A stretch of DNA of 39,244 nt from Stramenopiles sp. TOSAG23-3. Taxonomy: Eukaryota. The translations under genes were made by a program, and so were the position numbers. Where the stretch lies: NCBI GenBank assembly GCA_900128585.1, contig LT642184.1:1-39244 (forward strand). The letters run 5' to 3'. Numbering within the stretch: position 1 is the first letter of the stretch; the number at the start of each line of letters is the position of its first letter. The notes below the pieces were generated by a model, which was not told the DNA's origin, searched no databases, and saw only the letters and a program-made list of their open reading frames with translations. Shown here piece after piece: positions 9,208-20,060 of the stretch.

Positions 9208-9392
9208 GCCCATTGCGCCGAAACAAGGTCGGACGACGCGGGGGGGTGGTGCAGCTCCTTTTCGGACTCTCGCCCCTTTTCACGTAGTAATTTAAAAGTT
9301 GGTATGTAATGTTTATTAATGACATTTTTAAAAAATCGTATATGTACATTAAGAATTTTACATAAAAGTGCACGAGCACACGGACCCCCCCT

Positions 9393-10799
9393 CTACACTA
9401 CCGGAAACGTTTCGTCCAGCACTTTGTCCGGGATCAGCTGGAGAGCGTCTTCTACAATTAACCGGAACTCTCCCAACTTCTTTATGTTGGACGATTGGTT
9501 CAAACGGTGCCGCCATTGTTTACCACCAGGCACGCCCGTGAACAGATAAGTCAGCGGTCTCAGGAGCCGCTGGGTGGGGTTTTTCTCTGACGCCGGGGCA
9601 ACGTGCGTAATGTAGTGCTCCCCATACTCGAGGTAGTTCTCGATCGCTTGCCTCCGGGACAGCCCAGGGTTCTTGCCCCCATAAATCACCCGGTCGGCAT
9701 CTGCAAATGCCCAAGGGTTGTGCCAAGCCCCTCTCCCAATCATAACTCCCCGAAGCTTCGTTTTCCTGTCACCCACGCCCCAAGCGCCGCCCGCCGCGTC
9801 CGCCGCCAGGGGCACCCTGTGCCCCAACGCGTCCGCCAGGGTCAAAATCCCACCGTTGATTGAAAAGTCATTCTCGGGGAAATCTTCCGCGATTCTATAC
9901 ACCCGGTCGTACATCAACGGCGGAATGGTCCGGTTCTCGTGGGTTGAGAGACCGTCCAAGATGCACTTGCGCGCGTGGATAATGTAATGTTTCACCCCTG
10001 AGTCGTTAACGACATTTATAAAATTGGCCAAATCCTCGTAGGTGTCCACGTCGTCTGCTCCCAAACGACATTTGACCGTGACGGGGATGCGCACCGCCGC
10101 CCGCATCGCAGCGCAGCAGTCTCGCACGACCTCTGGGTGGAGCATCAGCCGAGCACCGAAGCATCTGCCAGACACGCGACTGCTCGGGCACCCCACGTTC
10201 AAGTCAATCTCTTCAAACCCCCACTCCTCGCAAATCGCTGCCACCTTCGCAAGCTTGCCCGGGTCGTTGCCGCCCAACTGCACGGTCAACGGGTGCGTGC
10301 TTCTATTGTACCCCAAAAACTGCCTCAAGTTCTGCAGCTGGTACAATATCGTGTCGTCCACGATCATTTCAGTGTACAGCCGAGTGCGACGCGTGAACTG
10401 CCGCATCAAAAAATGGTAGTGATAGTCGGTCACTTTCATCATCGGCGCAATGCTCAACTCGAACCCGTCGCGAACGTCGCACGACGACAGGTGAGGGGTC
10501 GGCTCTATTTCCCAAGGCATATTGTTCGAGACGAACTGGTCCACGGTTACCTGTGGTGGGAGTATTACCCTGCTAGGCTTGCCATTTGCTACACTACCGG
10601 CATACTTCTCTTCTTCCTCCAGCACGCATTTTGCTATAGTCGCCATGCTTCGACGGGCCCTCACGCCGCAAAGCCCTCGGGGTAGTCTTGACGCGGAAAG
10701 TGCAGAGCGCTCAGGGCGTGATCCAACAATAGGGTGACGTCCCTTGCGGTTCAATTTTATTAAATTAGTACGTATAAACAATGATCGACTCCAAAGCAT
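9393..10799 (-). CDS. dusA: tRNA-dihydrouridine synthase, DusA-like, probable organellar presequence
   Basis: Motifs SIAPMM, LYTEM, VQLGG, EIDLNVGCPS, FGARLM, PVTVKCRLG, HARK, ENRTIPPL, INGGI and GVMIGRGA. The N-terminal extension is Arg/Ser-rich and acid-poor. Confidence 0.92.
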   Translation of the reverse strand: MLWSRSLFIRTNLIKLNRKGRHPIVGSRPERSALSASRLPRGLCGVRARRSMATIAKCVLEEEEKYAGSVANGKPSRVILPPQVTVDQFVSNNMPWEIEPTPHLSSCDVRDGFELSIAPMMKVTDYHYHFLMRQFTRRTRLYTEMIVDDTILYQLQNLRQFLGYNRSTHPLTVQLGGNDPGKLAKVAAICEEWGFEEIDLNVGCPSSRVSGRCFGARLMLHPEVVRDCCAAMRAAVRIPVTVKCRLGADDVDTYEDLANFINVVNDSGVKHYIIHARKCILDGLSTHENRTIPPLMYDRVYRIAEDFPENDFSINGGILTLADALGHRVPLAADAAGGAWGVGDRKTKLRGVMIGRGAWHNPWAFADADRVIYGGKNPGLSRRQAIENYLEYGEHYITHVAPASEKNPTQRLLRPLTYLFTGVPGGKQWRHRLNQSSNIKKLGEFRLIVEDALQLIPDKVLDETFPVV

Positions 10800-11778
10800 T
10801 CCCTATTCGCCCCCGCACGAACTCGATCTCACTCTCGCCCTCGTACACACTATTTCTCCATGTGCGTATCAATCCACCTGTCCACTTCATCAATCTTTTT
10901 TCATCTTTCTATCCATATACATATATACAATATACAACATATACTACATTTGAATAATAACAAAAAAAAGAACAAAGAAGAAGAAGAAGAACAACAAAAA
11001 AAAACAAAAACAAAAAAACAAAAAATGATGATGAGAGAAAAGAAGAGAAGAAGAAAGCAGAAGGTGATTGGTTGGGGCGGTGGTGATGGGAGGAATAATA
11101 ATAGCACAGCAGGTATATTATTATTTAAGGTAAATTAATATATAATATATATTGTAAGTTATTATATATTATAGTATAAGTGTATGAAATGTTTATTATT
11201 AATATTGGTATACCTTAGCAAAAACAGAAGAAAAGGAGTTTCGAAATACAGCCTATATTTCGTAAGAAGTAAGAAGAAAAGGGGCGGGACCACTTTGTAG
11301 TACAACCTCCTGTGCAGTAGTAGTACTTGGTATAATTAATAATATAATTAGGTGTTATTTATTATTATTTATAGATCAAACGTTTAGGAGTTAGAGCACA
11401 GCACGCACAGAGCAGGACGGATGCTGCCAGTAGTAAAAGAATGTGTTGTGATTATTATTTATTATTATTATTATTATTATTAATTTTTTTTATTTATTAT
11501 TATTATTATTATTTGTCATTTTTTTTGTCATTTTTTTTTTGTGCTTTTTTTGTTTCGTTCTTGTTGCCGGTAGTAACGTATTTTTTCACGTGTGGGACAT
11601 CAACTCCCCACAACATTTCTTTTCCACTATTGCCGATTCGGATTCTAACGCGGTGCATTTCTCGACAAGCAGGATCGTGTGATAGCAGATTCCCGCTGCG
11701 TATATGTACATAGCAGCCAGCCGGAGTGTTTTTAGAACAGACACTTGGGGAGCACCGACGTAAGCCCACGCGTACACA

Positions 11779-12900
11779 ATGTCTTCAAAACTGTTGAAAC
11801 AGGGCGCCTTTAAACTTAAAAAAAACGGAGAAGCGGGCGCCACTTCATTATCGAAACCTCCTACATCGACCTCTCCCAGTAAACAGAACCCGAAACAGAC
11901 CAAGGTGGCACCTTTGAAGCCACCGAAGGGAATTGTTAGAAGCGACACGTTCAAAAAAAAGTCTGCCGCGAAGTCCCTTGCAGCTTTCGCTGGAAAACCA
12001 GCAAAGACCCCGGCGAAGAAAAAAAAGAAGAGGCGCCGCGCCTCCGCATTTACTAGGTGCAAACGAAGGTGCGATCGCCGAAAAAAAGACTGCAGAGAAC
12101 ATGGAAAACAAAGGTGTAAAATATTAATGATTTGTCTGATGTGGCTATCGTCGTTGCTCGGCGTCTTTGCATATTTTTCGTCACTTTCGGGTTGCTCTAT
12201 TGCGGACAAGTTGGTCGTCACAGAGACCGAAACAGGGTTTGGAGACGGTTACTTGAGCTGCCCGGGTCGCTACGGTGGGTATTACGTCTGTGTTGACAAA
12301 GGGGAATGGAATTGCCACCGTCGTTTTGAGCTTTGCAACCCGCACAGCTGGGCAATTGGGATGTATAAGGACCCGACGTGCATAGAGTATGACGATTCTG
12401 TATTACAGCCCAGGATTGCCGCCAGGCGCGACTCTGCTCCCAGCGAGCAAGTTTACGCAAGCAATTTTACGTTCAAAGGTGGCGAAACTATGGAGTTTGT
12501 AAATAATATATGGCTTCCACAACTCGGCGCTGTGCCAGAAAAAGCATACCCGGACTCTCTGTTGGTGGGCTTATCGAAGAACGACGCCGGCCTTGCACAG
12601 GAGGTGCCCCCGGCGTTTTTGAAACACGATTACTTTTTTGGAACTTACATTTTTGGCTTGAATGAAATGGGCACAAACGAAGCACCGAAGAAGTTTTTTG
12701 AAATCAGCATCCTGGAATGTAAGCAACTGACGTTCACTGTAGATGAGGGGGGGGAAGAAGTTGAAAAACGTTTGTACGCGATGATAGAGCCATGGTGCGA
12801 AGAAGGCGAGGTAATTCCTGGCGTACACAAACGAGACGTTCCACCCAGCGATTTGTATATTAAAGTCCCCAAGCGCAGCGCCAACGAACTAGCAATTTAG
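11779..12900 (+). CDS. Hypothetical single-pass membrane protein (Lys-rich N-terminus, Cys-containing C-terminal domain)
   Basis: 373-aa ATG-initiated ORF with coding-like composition and one hydrophobic segment ILMICLMWLSSLLGVFAYF. No family recognised. Confidence 0.7.
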   Translation: MSSKLLKQGAFKLKKNGEAGATSLSKPPTSTSPSKQNPKQTKVAPLKPPKGIVRSDTFKKKSAAKSLAAFAGKPAKTPAKKKKKRRRASAFTRCKRRCDRRKKDCREHGKQRCKILMICLMWLSSLLGVFAYFSSLSGCSIADKLVVTETETGFGDGYLSCPGRYGGYYVCVDKGEWNCHRRFELCNPHSWAIGMYKDPTCIEYDDSVLQPRIAARRDSAPSEQVYASNFTFKGGETMEFVNNIWLPQLGAVPEKAYPDSLLVGLSKNDAGLAQEVPPAFLKHDYFFGTYIFGLNEMGTNEAPKKFFEISILECKQLTFTVDEGGEEVEKRLYAMIEPWCEEGEVIPGVHKRDVPPSDLYIKVPKRSANELAI

Positions 12901-13078
12901 GACCCTCGCCAGGTTTAACGGTGTTAAACTTTAAATTTATGAAATGTTTAAGAATTTGAAGAAGAGATATATTATGTATGCAAGATCCCCCCATAAAATA
13001 AGAATGCGTATTGATACTAGTTTAAGAAGTTAGAACAGACAATCTCCGTTCATAATTCGTAGAGGGCACCACCGTCCT

Positions 13079-14023
13079 TTACCTAAAACTTTTCCCCTTG
13101 TGGGATCGTCTGCTTTCCCGCCTGTTTTTCCTTTCATCGCCTGTGGATCGCTTCTTCTTCTCTTCCTTGGGCTTCTTCTTCTTCTTCTTTGCCTTTTCTT
13201 TTTCCCTGGCCTTCCGCGCCGACGCAAGCCGGCGATTCTTTTCGTCCTCCTTCTCCTTTAACTTTGCCAAGCGCTTTGCTTCCTTCGCTGCAATTCGTGC
13301 GGCAAACGTAGCCCGCTTCCAAAAACAAATCCAATACTGCAAAGCACCCATTCTCCGCTTCACTTCTTTGTCTCTTAGCTTTTGCTTGCGTTCGATTTCT
13401 TTCTGCTTTGCGTCTTCTATTTTCTTTATCTCTCCTAAGCGTTCGTCGTCCAGGTCTCTCTGCTTCCCGATCCACCATTTTGACGAAAGCGTCGCATCCA
13501 TCATCTTCGTTTGCAAACGATAGGCTGGAAAGAGCAACATTGGAAATTCCTGGTCCATAGTAGTGAACTCTCCGAAATCGATCTTTCCATCTCCGTTTTT
13601 ATCGAACTTTTCCATCGCGGACTTTGCGTTTCCACTGAGCATATTATCGTGCAGCAAATCGATCAGCGCTGCCAGCTCGTCGGCTTCTATATATCCATTT
13701 TTGTCTTTATCAAAAATGTAAAAACAGAATTTTCTTATATCCACTCTGCCGAACATACAGTACGTTGATACGACTGTCATAAATTCTGAAAAGTCCAGCT
13801 GAGCGTTGTTATCTATGTCTATCAACTCAAATATAGTATCTCCGAACAGAGATCTTTTTTCCCCAAGCATCTTGTAAAACTCATCGATGTCAATTGCACC
13901 ACTTTTGTCCTTGTCGTAGCTTTTGAAAGCCTTCCATAGCTTGGCAATGTCTTTTTTTTCCATTTTCAACAAATCAATCTGCTTTTGCATCTTATCGTCT
14001 GGAATAGGAATTTTTTGCCCCAT
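13079..14023 (-). CDS. EF-hand calcium-binding protein (calcineurin-B/calmodulin-like) with basic coiled-coil tail
   Basis: Four EF loops: DKDKSGAIDIDE, DIDNNAQLDFSE, DKDKNGYIEADE and DKNGDGKIDFGE. The N-terminal MG is a possible myristoylation site. Confidence 0.9.
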   Translation of the reverse strand: MGQKIPIPDDKMQKQIDLLKMEKKDIAKLWKAFKSYDKDKSGAIDIDEFYKMLGEKRSLFGDTIFELIDIDNNAQLDFSEFMTVVSTYCMFGRVDIRKFCFYIFDKDKNGYIEADELAALIDLLHDNMLSGNAKSAMEKFDKNGDGKIDFGEFTTMDQEFPMLLFPAYRLQTKMMDATLSSKWWIGKQRDLDDERLGEIKKIEDAKQKEIERKQKLRDKEVKRRMGALQYWICFWKRATFAARIAAKEAKRLAKLKEKEDEKNRRLASARKAREKEKAKKKKKKPKEEKKKRSTGDERKNRRESRRSHKGKSFR

Positions 14024-14844
14024 ACTTGTTGCTTGCTCTTGCGGTCACAGATTGGTATGGTGCGTGTGGGTTTGAAAATGCGGAAGATCGAAACGCTTAT
14101 CTGAATACGTACAGTGGTTTCGTAACATGTGAAGTTTGTTGACTTCCGGTAAGTTTGGACAAGTGGGTTTTCCCATACTGGTTTTCAGTCAAGTTTAAAT
14201 CAGTCGAATAGTTATAACCGCTGAAAAAAAAAGAACGAAGAACGACGACGACGGCGACGACGAGGACGACGACAGAAGACAGCTCCGGTACGGTACCATA
14301 CCGGAACCATTCTACAGGTATAATAACTACGTACACTACGGTAGGGTTTGATAGATAATAAGGTGAGCTTCTCATCAATTCCTTTTATTACCGTATTACT
14401 ACTTACTACGTTACGTAGTATCAAACAAGGCAAAAGGCACCAACAAGTAGAGCAAAAAAACGGATAAACATCAACAGGGAGAGAGCATCAGGAACGAGGC
14501 TGACCCTTGCAGTGACTTTGTGTTAACTTTTCAAGTACACCCAGTAGCACCGGAGGAGGAATATGAAAAAAGGATAGATAAAAATAAGTAAAAAATGAGA
14601 TGGTATAAAATAATGTACAATAATTATCTACTCCTTCTTCTACTTGGTGGTACGGTACTCCTCTGCTCCTACGGTATTTTGTCGTTTTTGTTTTGTTTTA
14701 CTTGATTGTTGTATTAATATTCTTAACTTGGTGACTATGACACCAAATCATTGCTTCAAATTTCAAGTGTTGGCAAATGTTTTTTGCGTTCGAAAAGAGA
14801 TTGTGAAGTAAAAAGCAAGGGAATTGTTGGACGCGACGGGGCAC

Positions 14845-15960
14845 ATGAACAATAGAAGGGATTTTAGAAGCGGGACGACATGGGGTCAGTGGAGGATTCC
14901 TCAACTCTCTCCAGCTTACCATAACTCGAAAAGCCTTAGGGCGCCAAAGTATACTGTCAGTAGACTACGTGTGGGTTTTGGATCGATAAACATTGAGCAA
15001 GTTGACATGGCAAGAAAACGGAATATGTATAGAATCCCTAGGTCGTCTGCAAAGGCAGTAAAATCCCATCATAAAGCTTTAAACCCATTAGCGAATAGCG
15101 CAAATTCGAACGATTGGATCCCAGAAAGATCCACGGCTAAGGCGTACGCTAGTAAACGAGGGCAAACGCCCAAACCCAGCAAGTATACGAAAAAACAGTC
15201 GCCAAATACGATTTTGACAGATGCAACCTTAAAGAAACAGCTAAATGCCAAAAGAAGAGCATACCGTGGCACGACAAACAACGGCGCGTATGTCCCCAGC
15301 GGGACTGTCAGGAGGCGACAACGCCCCTTGTCTGCCCCAGCAACACGGAAGAATAAAACACTTTTTCTCTTCTCTCACCATGGCAGCATTGCCGCATCTA
15401 GTACCACAGCGTTCCCAACAAGAAAAATAATTGTCCGCCGACCTCGACCGCAGACAGCCACGATTAGGAATAGCGACAGTGGCCTCAGACTTGGAAACTT
15501 CCCAAAACGTTCTGATGGCGAAGCATCAAAAAGTGCTCGCGAACGTCCATCAAGAACTAGACAGACCATCATCCAAGCGCCATCAGCTACTTCTACCAAC
15601 ACTGGGAACAGACTGACGCTGGACTTACATCTCCCGAAAGACTTAAATGCAGAGGGATCACAGATTCACGAGGACGCAACCATTCAGCCGTGGGGGTCAT
15701 ACGATGATTCGATTATATCGCCAAAGTCAAAAATTCAAACTAGCCAAACGATAGTTAAAGAGAATACTCCGTTGAGTGCAGAAGAGCCTGAAAGCACCTC
15801 GTATGTTGTTGGGGTGTCTTATACTCGATCCTCAAAATCGAAAACAATTCACAGGCGTCCGAAGTCTGCGAGGCAGACCCGGAGGAAAAGATCAGGATCC
15901 AAAAAGAAACAAAGGCGCCCAAAGACTGCTAGCCGTATGCGTCGGAAGAATAGGCCATAA
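14845..15960 (+). CDS. Hypothetical basic, disordered protein with RPx(S/T)A motifs
   Basis: Long ORF, first ATG at 14845. Arg/Lys/Ser-rich with RPLSA, RPQTA, RPKSA and RPKTA. Confidence 0.65.
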   Translation: MNNRRDFRSGTTWGQWRIPQLSPAYHNSKSLRAPKYTVSRLRVGFGSINIEQVDMARKRNMYRIPRSSAKAVKSHHKALNPLANSANSNDWIPERSTAKAYASKRGQTPKPSKYTKKQSPNTILTDATLKKQLNAKRRAYRGTTNNGAYVPSGTVRRRQRPLSAPATRKNKTLFLFSHHGSIAASSTTAFPTRKIIVRRPRPQTATIRNSDSGLRLGNFPKRSDGEASKSARERPSRTRQTIIQAPSATSTNTGNRLTLDLHLPKDLNAEGSQIHEDATIQPWGSYDDSIISPKSKIQTSQTIVKENTPLSAEEPESTSYVVGVSYTRSSKSKTIHRRPKSARQTRRKRSGSKKKQRRPKTASRMRRKNRP

Positions 15961-16779
15961 TTAATAAATATATTTTTCGGATGAGTGGTCTCTATCACTT
16001 TCTTCGTGCGTTGGAGGTTGGTTGATTGGTACCTATAATGCCATACTCTTATAATCAAACATCAGTATGCAAGGTGTGGTGGAATTATTATTATACGAGG
16101 ATGTACGGTTTTGTACCTGTACGTACCTACCGCAGCACGGGAATACAATATAAACACGATGATCCCAGGTACCGTACCTGGTATTAAATACCTGGTATAA
16201 TACTATATTTTACCCATTCCTGTTCCTTACTTGTACCTGGTATAAATATTATTAAATACCTGTGCCTGTCCTGTGCCGGTACCGGTACCGTAATAATAAT
16301 TAATATTATAATTTTTAATTTAAAATATTATTATTGTATTTAAAACTCTAAAGGCACTGACTGAGATAGACAGTTGTTTTTCTTCTTGCGTGGTACATAG
16401 CACTAGCATCGTTACCGAAAATCGTTTTTTAACAATTTTGCACCGGCGGTTCTATATAATAATATACTATTTAATACTACATTATACTAGTATTATACTA
16501 TATCGGTGTAATAATACCTAGTAGTCTACTACCATCACGCCGTTTTTTTCTTCTTCTCTTTCTTCAGAGCAGCTGTGTCGTCTAGCAGTGCCCCGTATAC
16601 GTTAGTTTGGAACGCCCACGTGGACAACTAACAATTGTGATAGTATAGAAAGAAGAATTTTTTTATGTTCCTGGCATCATAATCTTTCATGCAGTAACGT
16701 TCGTATACCAAACAATTTTTTTGGAAAGCTTCGCCCAGGCATAGATAGGCAGGGACCGTCTGCTTTAGCTCTGCGTACC

Positions 16780-18864
16780 ATGCAAAACCAGGTAAAATCT
16801 GAGATCGGCGACTTGGAGTTTTTTCGTCCCGAAGATAGTGGAAATTTCGTTCGGGCCTCGAGGAATCGCGACCGTGGCGAGAACAGTTACAGGGTATGGA
16901 TGAGTCGTGACAACGAGGGCACACGGCACCAACGTGATTTTCGGATGTGGTATTTTTTTGGGATATTCGGAGGTCATAAAGGTCTGAAAATAGAAATAGA
17001 GATAATGAACATAAACCCAATGCTGGCAGTATACAACAGAAACATGGTCCCTGTGTTTTTATCGACGAAAGGAAGGGACGTGCCGATCAACGGGTGGAAG
17101 CCTATTCCCGACGACATTCACATCGAGTATGTAGGGCGCGACCTTCATTTGCGTTTTAGTTTTACGTTTCCACACGAATTTAGCATGGTCTATTTTTGCC
17201 CGTACGCCCCGTTCTCGTACACACAGCTGCAAAACAGTTTAAATCGCATCGACGACATATGTTCGAGCACGCTGAAGGCAAAGGATATTTATTATGCCAG
17301 AGAACATTTAGTCGATAGTTTGGATGGCCATCGTGTGGATTTGCTGACTATTTCTTCGGTCAATCAGATGGCCAATGACGATAGAAGGGAAAAGTGGATC
17401 CCCAATATTTTCCCGATCAGAGCAAATAGAAGACCCCACCTCTTCCCGACAAAGAGGTATGTATTTATTGGTTGTCGAGTCCACCCTGGCGAAAACCAAG
17501 CAAGCTACTGTATGAGAGGCTTGTTGCGTTTTCTTACAGGAAACCACTACGTGGCTAGGCGTCTAAGGGACATATATGTGTTTAAGGTTGTCCCTATGCT
17601 AAACCCCGATGGTGTGTACAGAGGAAACTATAGATGCGATAGCAACGGTGTCAATTTAAATCGTATGTACGGGCACCCAACTCTGTCCTTGCACCCAACA
17701 ATTTATGCTTGGAAGGAAGTGATGAATCAAGCGTCTAAACGGTTCCTAGTAGTGCCAAAATCTGTGACGCCCGACGTTGTAGACGGCTCTGGCCCGAAAG
17801 CAACGCCGATACCTACAAATACATTTTTAGGATCGAAAACGAAACAAATGTGTTTTTACATGGACATGCACGGTCACGCAATGCGGCCTGGGTGCTATAC
17901 TATGACGACCGCCGCTTCGGGCTTCGGCCCAAGCGCTCACAATGAGCAGGCACTGAAATTCATGTTTGCAAAGCTGCTGTCCCAGAAATCTCCACATTTT
18001 AACTTGGATGCGTGCTCCTTTGGCTCGAAAAGATGCAAGAAAAAAAATGATGCATTCGCAAGCGCAGGTATCGCTACCGCAACCGCAAGCCATGCATTGT
18101 TGGAGAGAAAAAAACAGGACGCGGCCGCAATCAAAGACTGGAAACGCATCAAAGAAGAAGCAGCATCGCTTGGGAAAACGACGAACGATACAAACAAAAG
18201 TGGAACGGGAAGGGTGGTAGCATGCACGCAGTTTGGCTTAACACATTCCTACACACTCGAAGCGAGCTGCAACGTTTCTTCTGCTAGTCAAATACTAATA
18301 GGGGGGATGAGGAAGGCGTATTCCCCTTTTGAATATGAATCTGTGGGGAAAGGGGTTTGTGAAGCTTTGCTAGACTTAAACAATACGATCGCAAACCCAG
18401 GCACCATCGCAAATGGCCTGGCGGAGGCTAACAGAAGCCTTTCGGACAAAGTGTACGAGTGGGCAAAAAAGCAGTCGTTAATGACGGAGCGGGAAGCGAA
18501 AGCGTCATCCACTAAGAAATACATAAAAGAATCCGAAACCCTTTTCGAATTCCCGATGAGAAAGCCCTTTTCGAATCCCGAGCGCAGGCTAAAAGTAGCA
18601 AAGGCCCTTTCTAAAAAAATCAGACGTTCGCTGCAAATGCCGTCGTCCAAAAGGAACACAATCTCCGCCGCTTACGACGAAGCGTACGATAAAGAACTTC
18701 TAGAGCTCTCAAAACTCACAAAAGATCGACTGATATTTCCAAAAATGAAGGTCTCCCTTCGGCGAACCAGGATATTGAAGGCGTTGAGGCATAAAAAACG
18801 TTCAAAAACTGTGTCGACGAAAAAGAAGTCTCGGGGCGGTGGTGAACGACGAAAGAAAAGTTAG
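16780..18864 (+). CDS. AGBL5: Cytosolic carboxypeptidase (M14D, CCP5/AGBL5-like tubulin deglutamylase)
   Basis: N-domain DSGN...WYFF, PFSY, RVDLLTISS, zinc ligands RVHPGE and DMHGH, PMLNPDGV, NLNR, and catalytic SYTLE. Confidence 0.85.
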   Translation: MQNQVKSEIGDLEFFRPEDSGNFVRASRNRDRGENSYRVWMSRDNEGTRHQRDFRMWYFFGIFGGHKGLKIEIEIMNINPMLAVYNRNMVPVFLSTKGRDVPINGWKPIPDDIHIEYVGRDLHLRFSFTFPHEFSMVYFCPYAPFSYTQLQNSLNRIDDICSSTLKAKDIYYAREHLVDSLDGHRVDLLTISSVNQMANDDRREKWIPNIFPIRANRRPHLFPTKRYVFIGCRVHPGENQASYCMRGLLRFLTGNHYVARRLRDIYVFKVVPMLNPDGVYRGNYRCDSNGVNLNRMYGHPTLSLHPTIYAWKEVMNQASKRFLVVPKSVTPDVVDGSGPKATPIPTNTFLGSKTKQMCFYMDMHGHAMRPGCYTMTTAASGFGPSAHNEQALKFMFAKLLSQKSPHFNLDACSFGSKRCKKKNDAFASAGIATATASHALLERKKQDAAAIKDWKRIKEEAASLGKTTNDTNKSGTGRVVACTQFGLTHSYTLEASCNVSSASQILIGGMRKAYSPFEYESVGKGVCEALLDLNNTIANPGTIANGLAEANRSLSDKVYEWAKKQSLMTEREAKASSTKKYIKESETLFEFPMRKPFSNPERRLKVAKALSKKIRRSLQMPSSKRNTISAAYDEAYDKELLELSKLTKDRLIFPKMKVSLRRTRILKALRHKKRSKTVSTKKKSRGGGERRKKS

Positions 18865-19223
18865 ATATTATAATTTTTATTGATGAATTTAAAATCTTTT
18901 CATTTTTTTATTGGATTGTTCTAAGTATAAATAATCAATAGTCTAAAAAAGGAGAGGAGGTATTTTTTAACTTTTTGAGGAAGAAAAAAAAGAGGGGGAA
19001 GGGAGGTGTGATGATGATGATGAAACAAACAACAACAATAAAATAATCCAAAATAGTAGGAAGAAGAGAGAAGTTATTTTTTCTTTCATTTCTATTATAG
19101 AAGTGATCGAAGGTTCCCTAATAAAGGGGAAATCTAAAGTTTCCGCGGCTGTTTGCGATGTTAAAAAAAGGAAGGATTCAATTTATATTAAATCGTAACA
19201 CGTGAGAGTATATAAACTTAGCG

Positions 19224-20027
19224 ATGAAAGTCTTATTTTCCGCCGTAGTGGCATTGCTGGTGCTTGCACTAGCGTCTGGGAATATATTTTCCGACAAGGA
19301 CTGTAAGGGTCTTAATAAAAAGGGCAGTATTCGCCGCGATATTGTATTGCGTAGAGTCGCCAAAAAGATAAAGAATGCATTCGAGTCGAAGAAGTTTTTG
19401 GGGATAAAAAAGGTGCTCGAATCGGTTGAAGAATGTGCGGAAGACTGTAGTCTCCAAGTGCTGAAGAAGCTATTTAGCGCCCCCGTGGACGAGGACGCAG
19501 AGAAAAAGGAAGAGGGAAAAGAAGAACACGATGTGGATTGCTCCAAGTTTGATGACGCCAAAGTGTGTGTCAAGCACGAAGGGTGTAGAATGGATTTGTT
19601 GAAGGGCGTTTGCATTCCAGCAGACGGTTCTAATAGTATGCCAGTCGAATGGTTCAGCGCCGTTAAGGATGCCCTGTTCGATTCCAAAAGCTCCGACTCG
19701 CTCGAAGAGGCCCTTGAAGGTCTTCAGAAAATGGAAAAATCCTCCGGCGGATGCTCCATGGAAAGCGAGATTATTCGTTTAACTGGAAAAAAAATCAGGG
19801 AGGCAGAGGCAAAGTCAAGTGTATCTAGTTTGTCAAGTGGCGACTCTACGAAAAAGTTGAAGAAGAAAGTCAAAAAAGTTTTTAAAAAGCAACCAGCTAA
19901 AAAGAAAAATAGAAAACCAAATTGTGGTAAGTATGATGACTATCCAAAAAAATGTGTAAAAGTTGAAGGATGCAAATATAATTTATTAAAAGGTGGATGC
20001 AAAGCTGAAGGTTGGTTTCGTCTTTAA
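19224..20027 (+). CDS. Secreted protein with repeated 4-Cys modules
   Basis: Signal peptide MKVLFSAVVALLVLALASG. C-x8/9-C-x5-C-x8-C modules at 19539-19613 and 19923-20000. Confidence 0.75.
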   Translation: MKVLFSAVVALLVLALASGNIFSDKDCKGLNKKGSIRRDIVLRRVAKKIKNAFESKKFLGIKKVLESVEECAEDCSLQVLKKLFSAPVDEDAEKKEEGKEEHDVDCSKFDDAKVCVKHEGCRMDLLKGVCIPADGSNSMPVEWFSAVKDALFDSKSSDSLEEALEGLQKMEKSSGGCSMESEIIRLTGKKIREAEAKSSVSSLSSGDSTKKLKKKVKKVFKKQPAKKKNRKPNCGKYDDYPKKCVKVEGCKYNLLKGGCKAEGWFRL

Positions 20028-20060
20028 AAGTTAGGAGTGTGTGAGAGAGAGAAGATATAG

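Noticed and set aside
596-10799. Functional tRNA-processing cluster (split tRNA, HEPN-like protein, DusA)
   Set aside because: Eukaryotic neighbours are rarely functionally linked, unrelated genes intervene, and DusA appears organelle-targeted.
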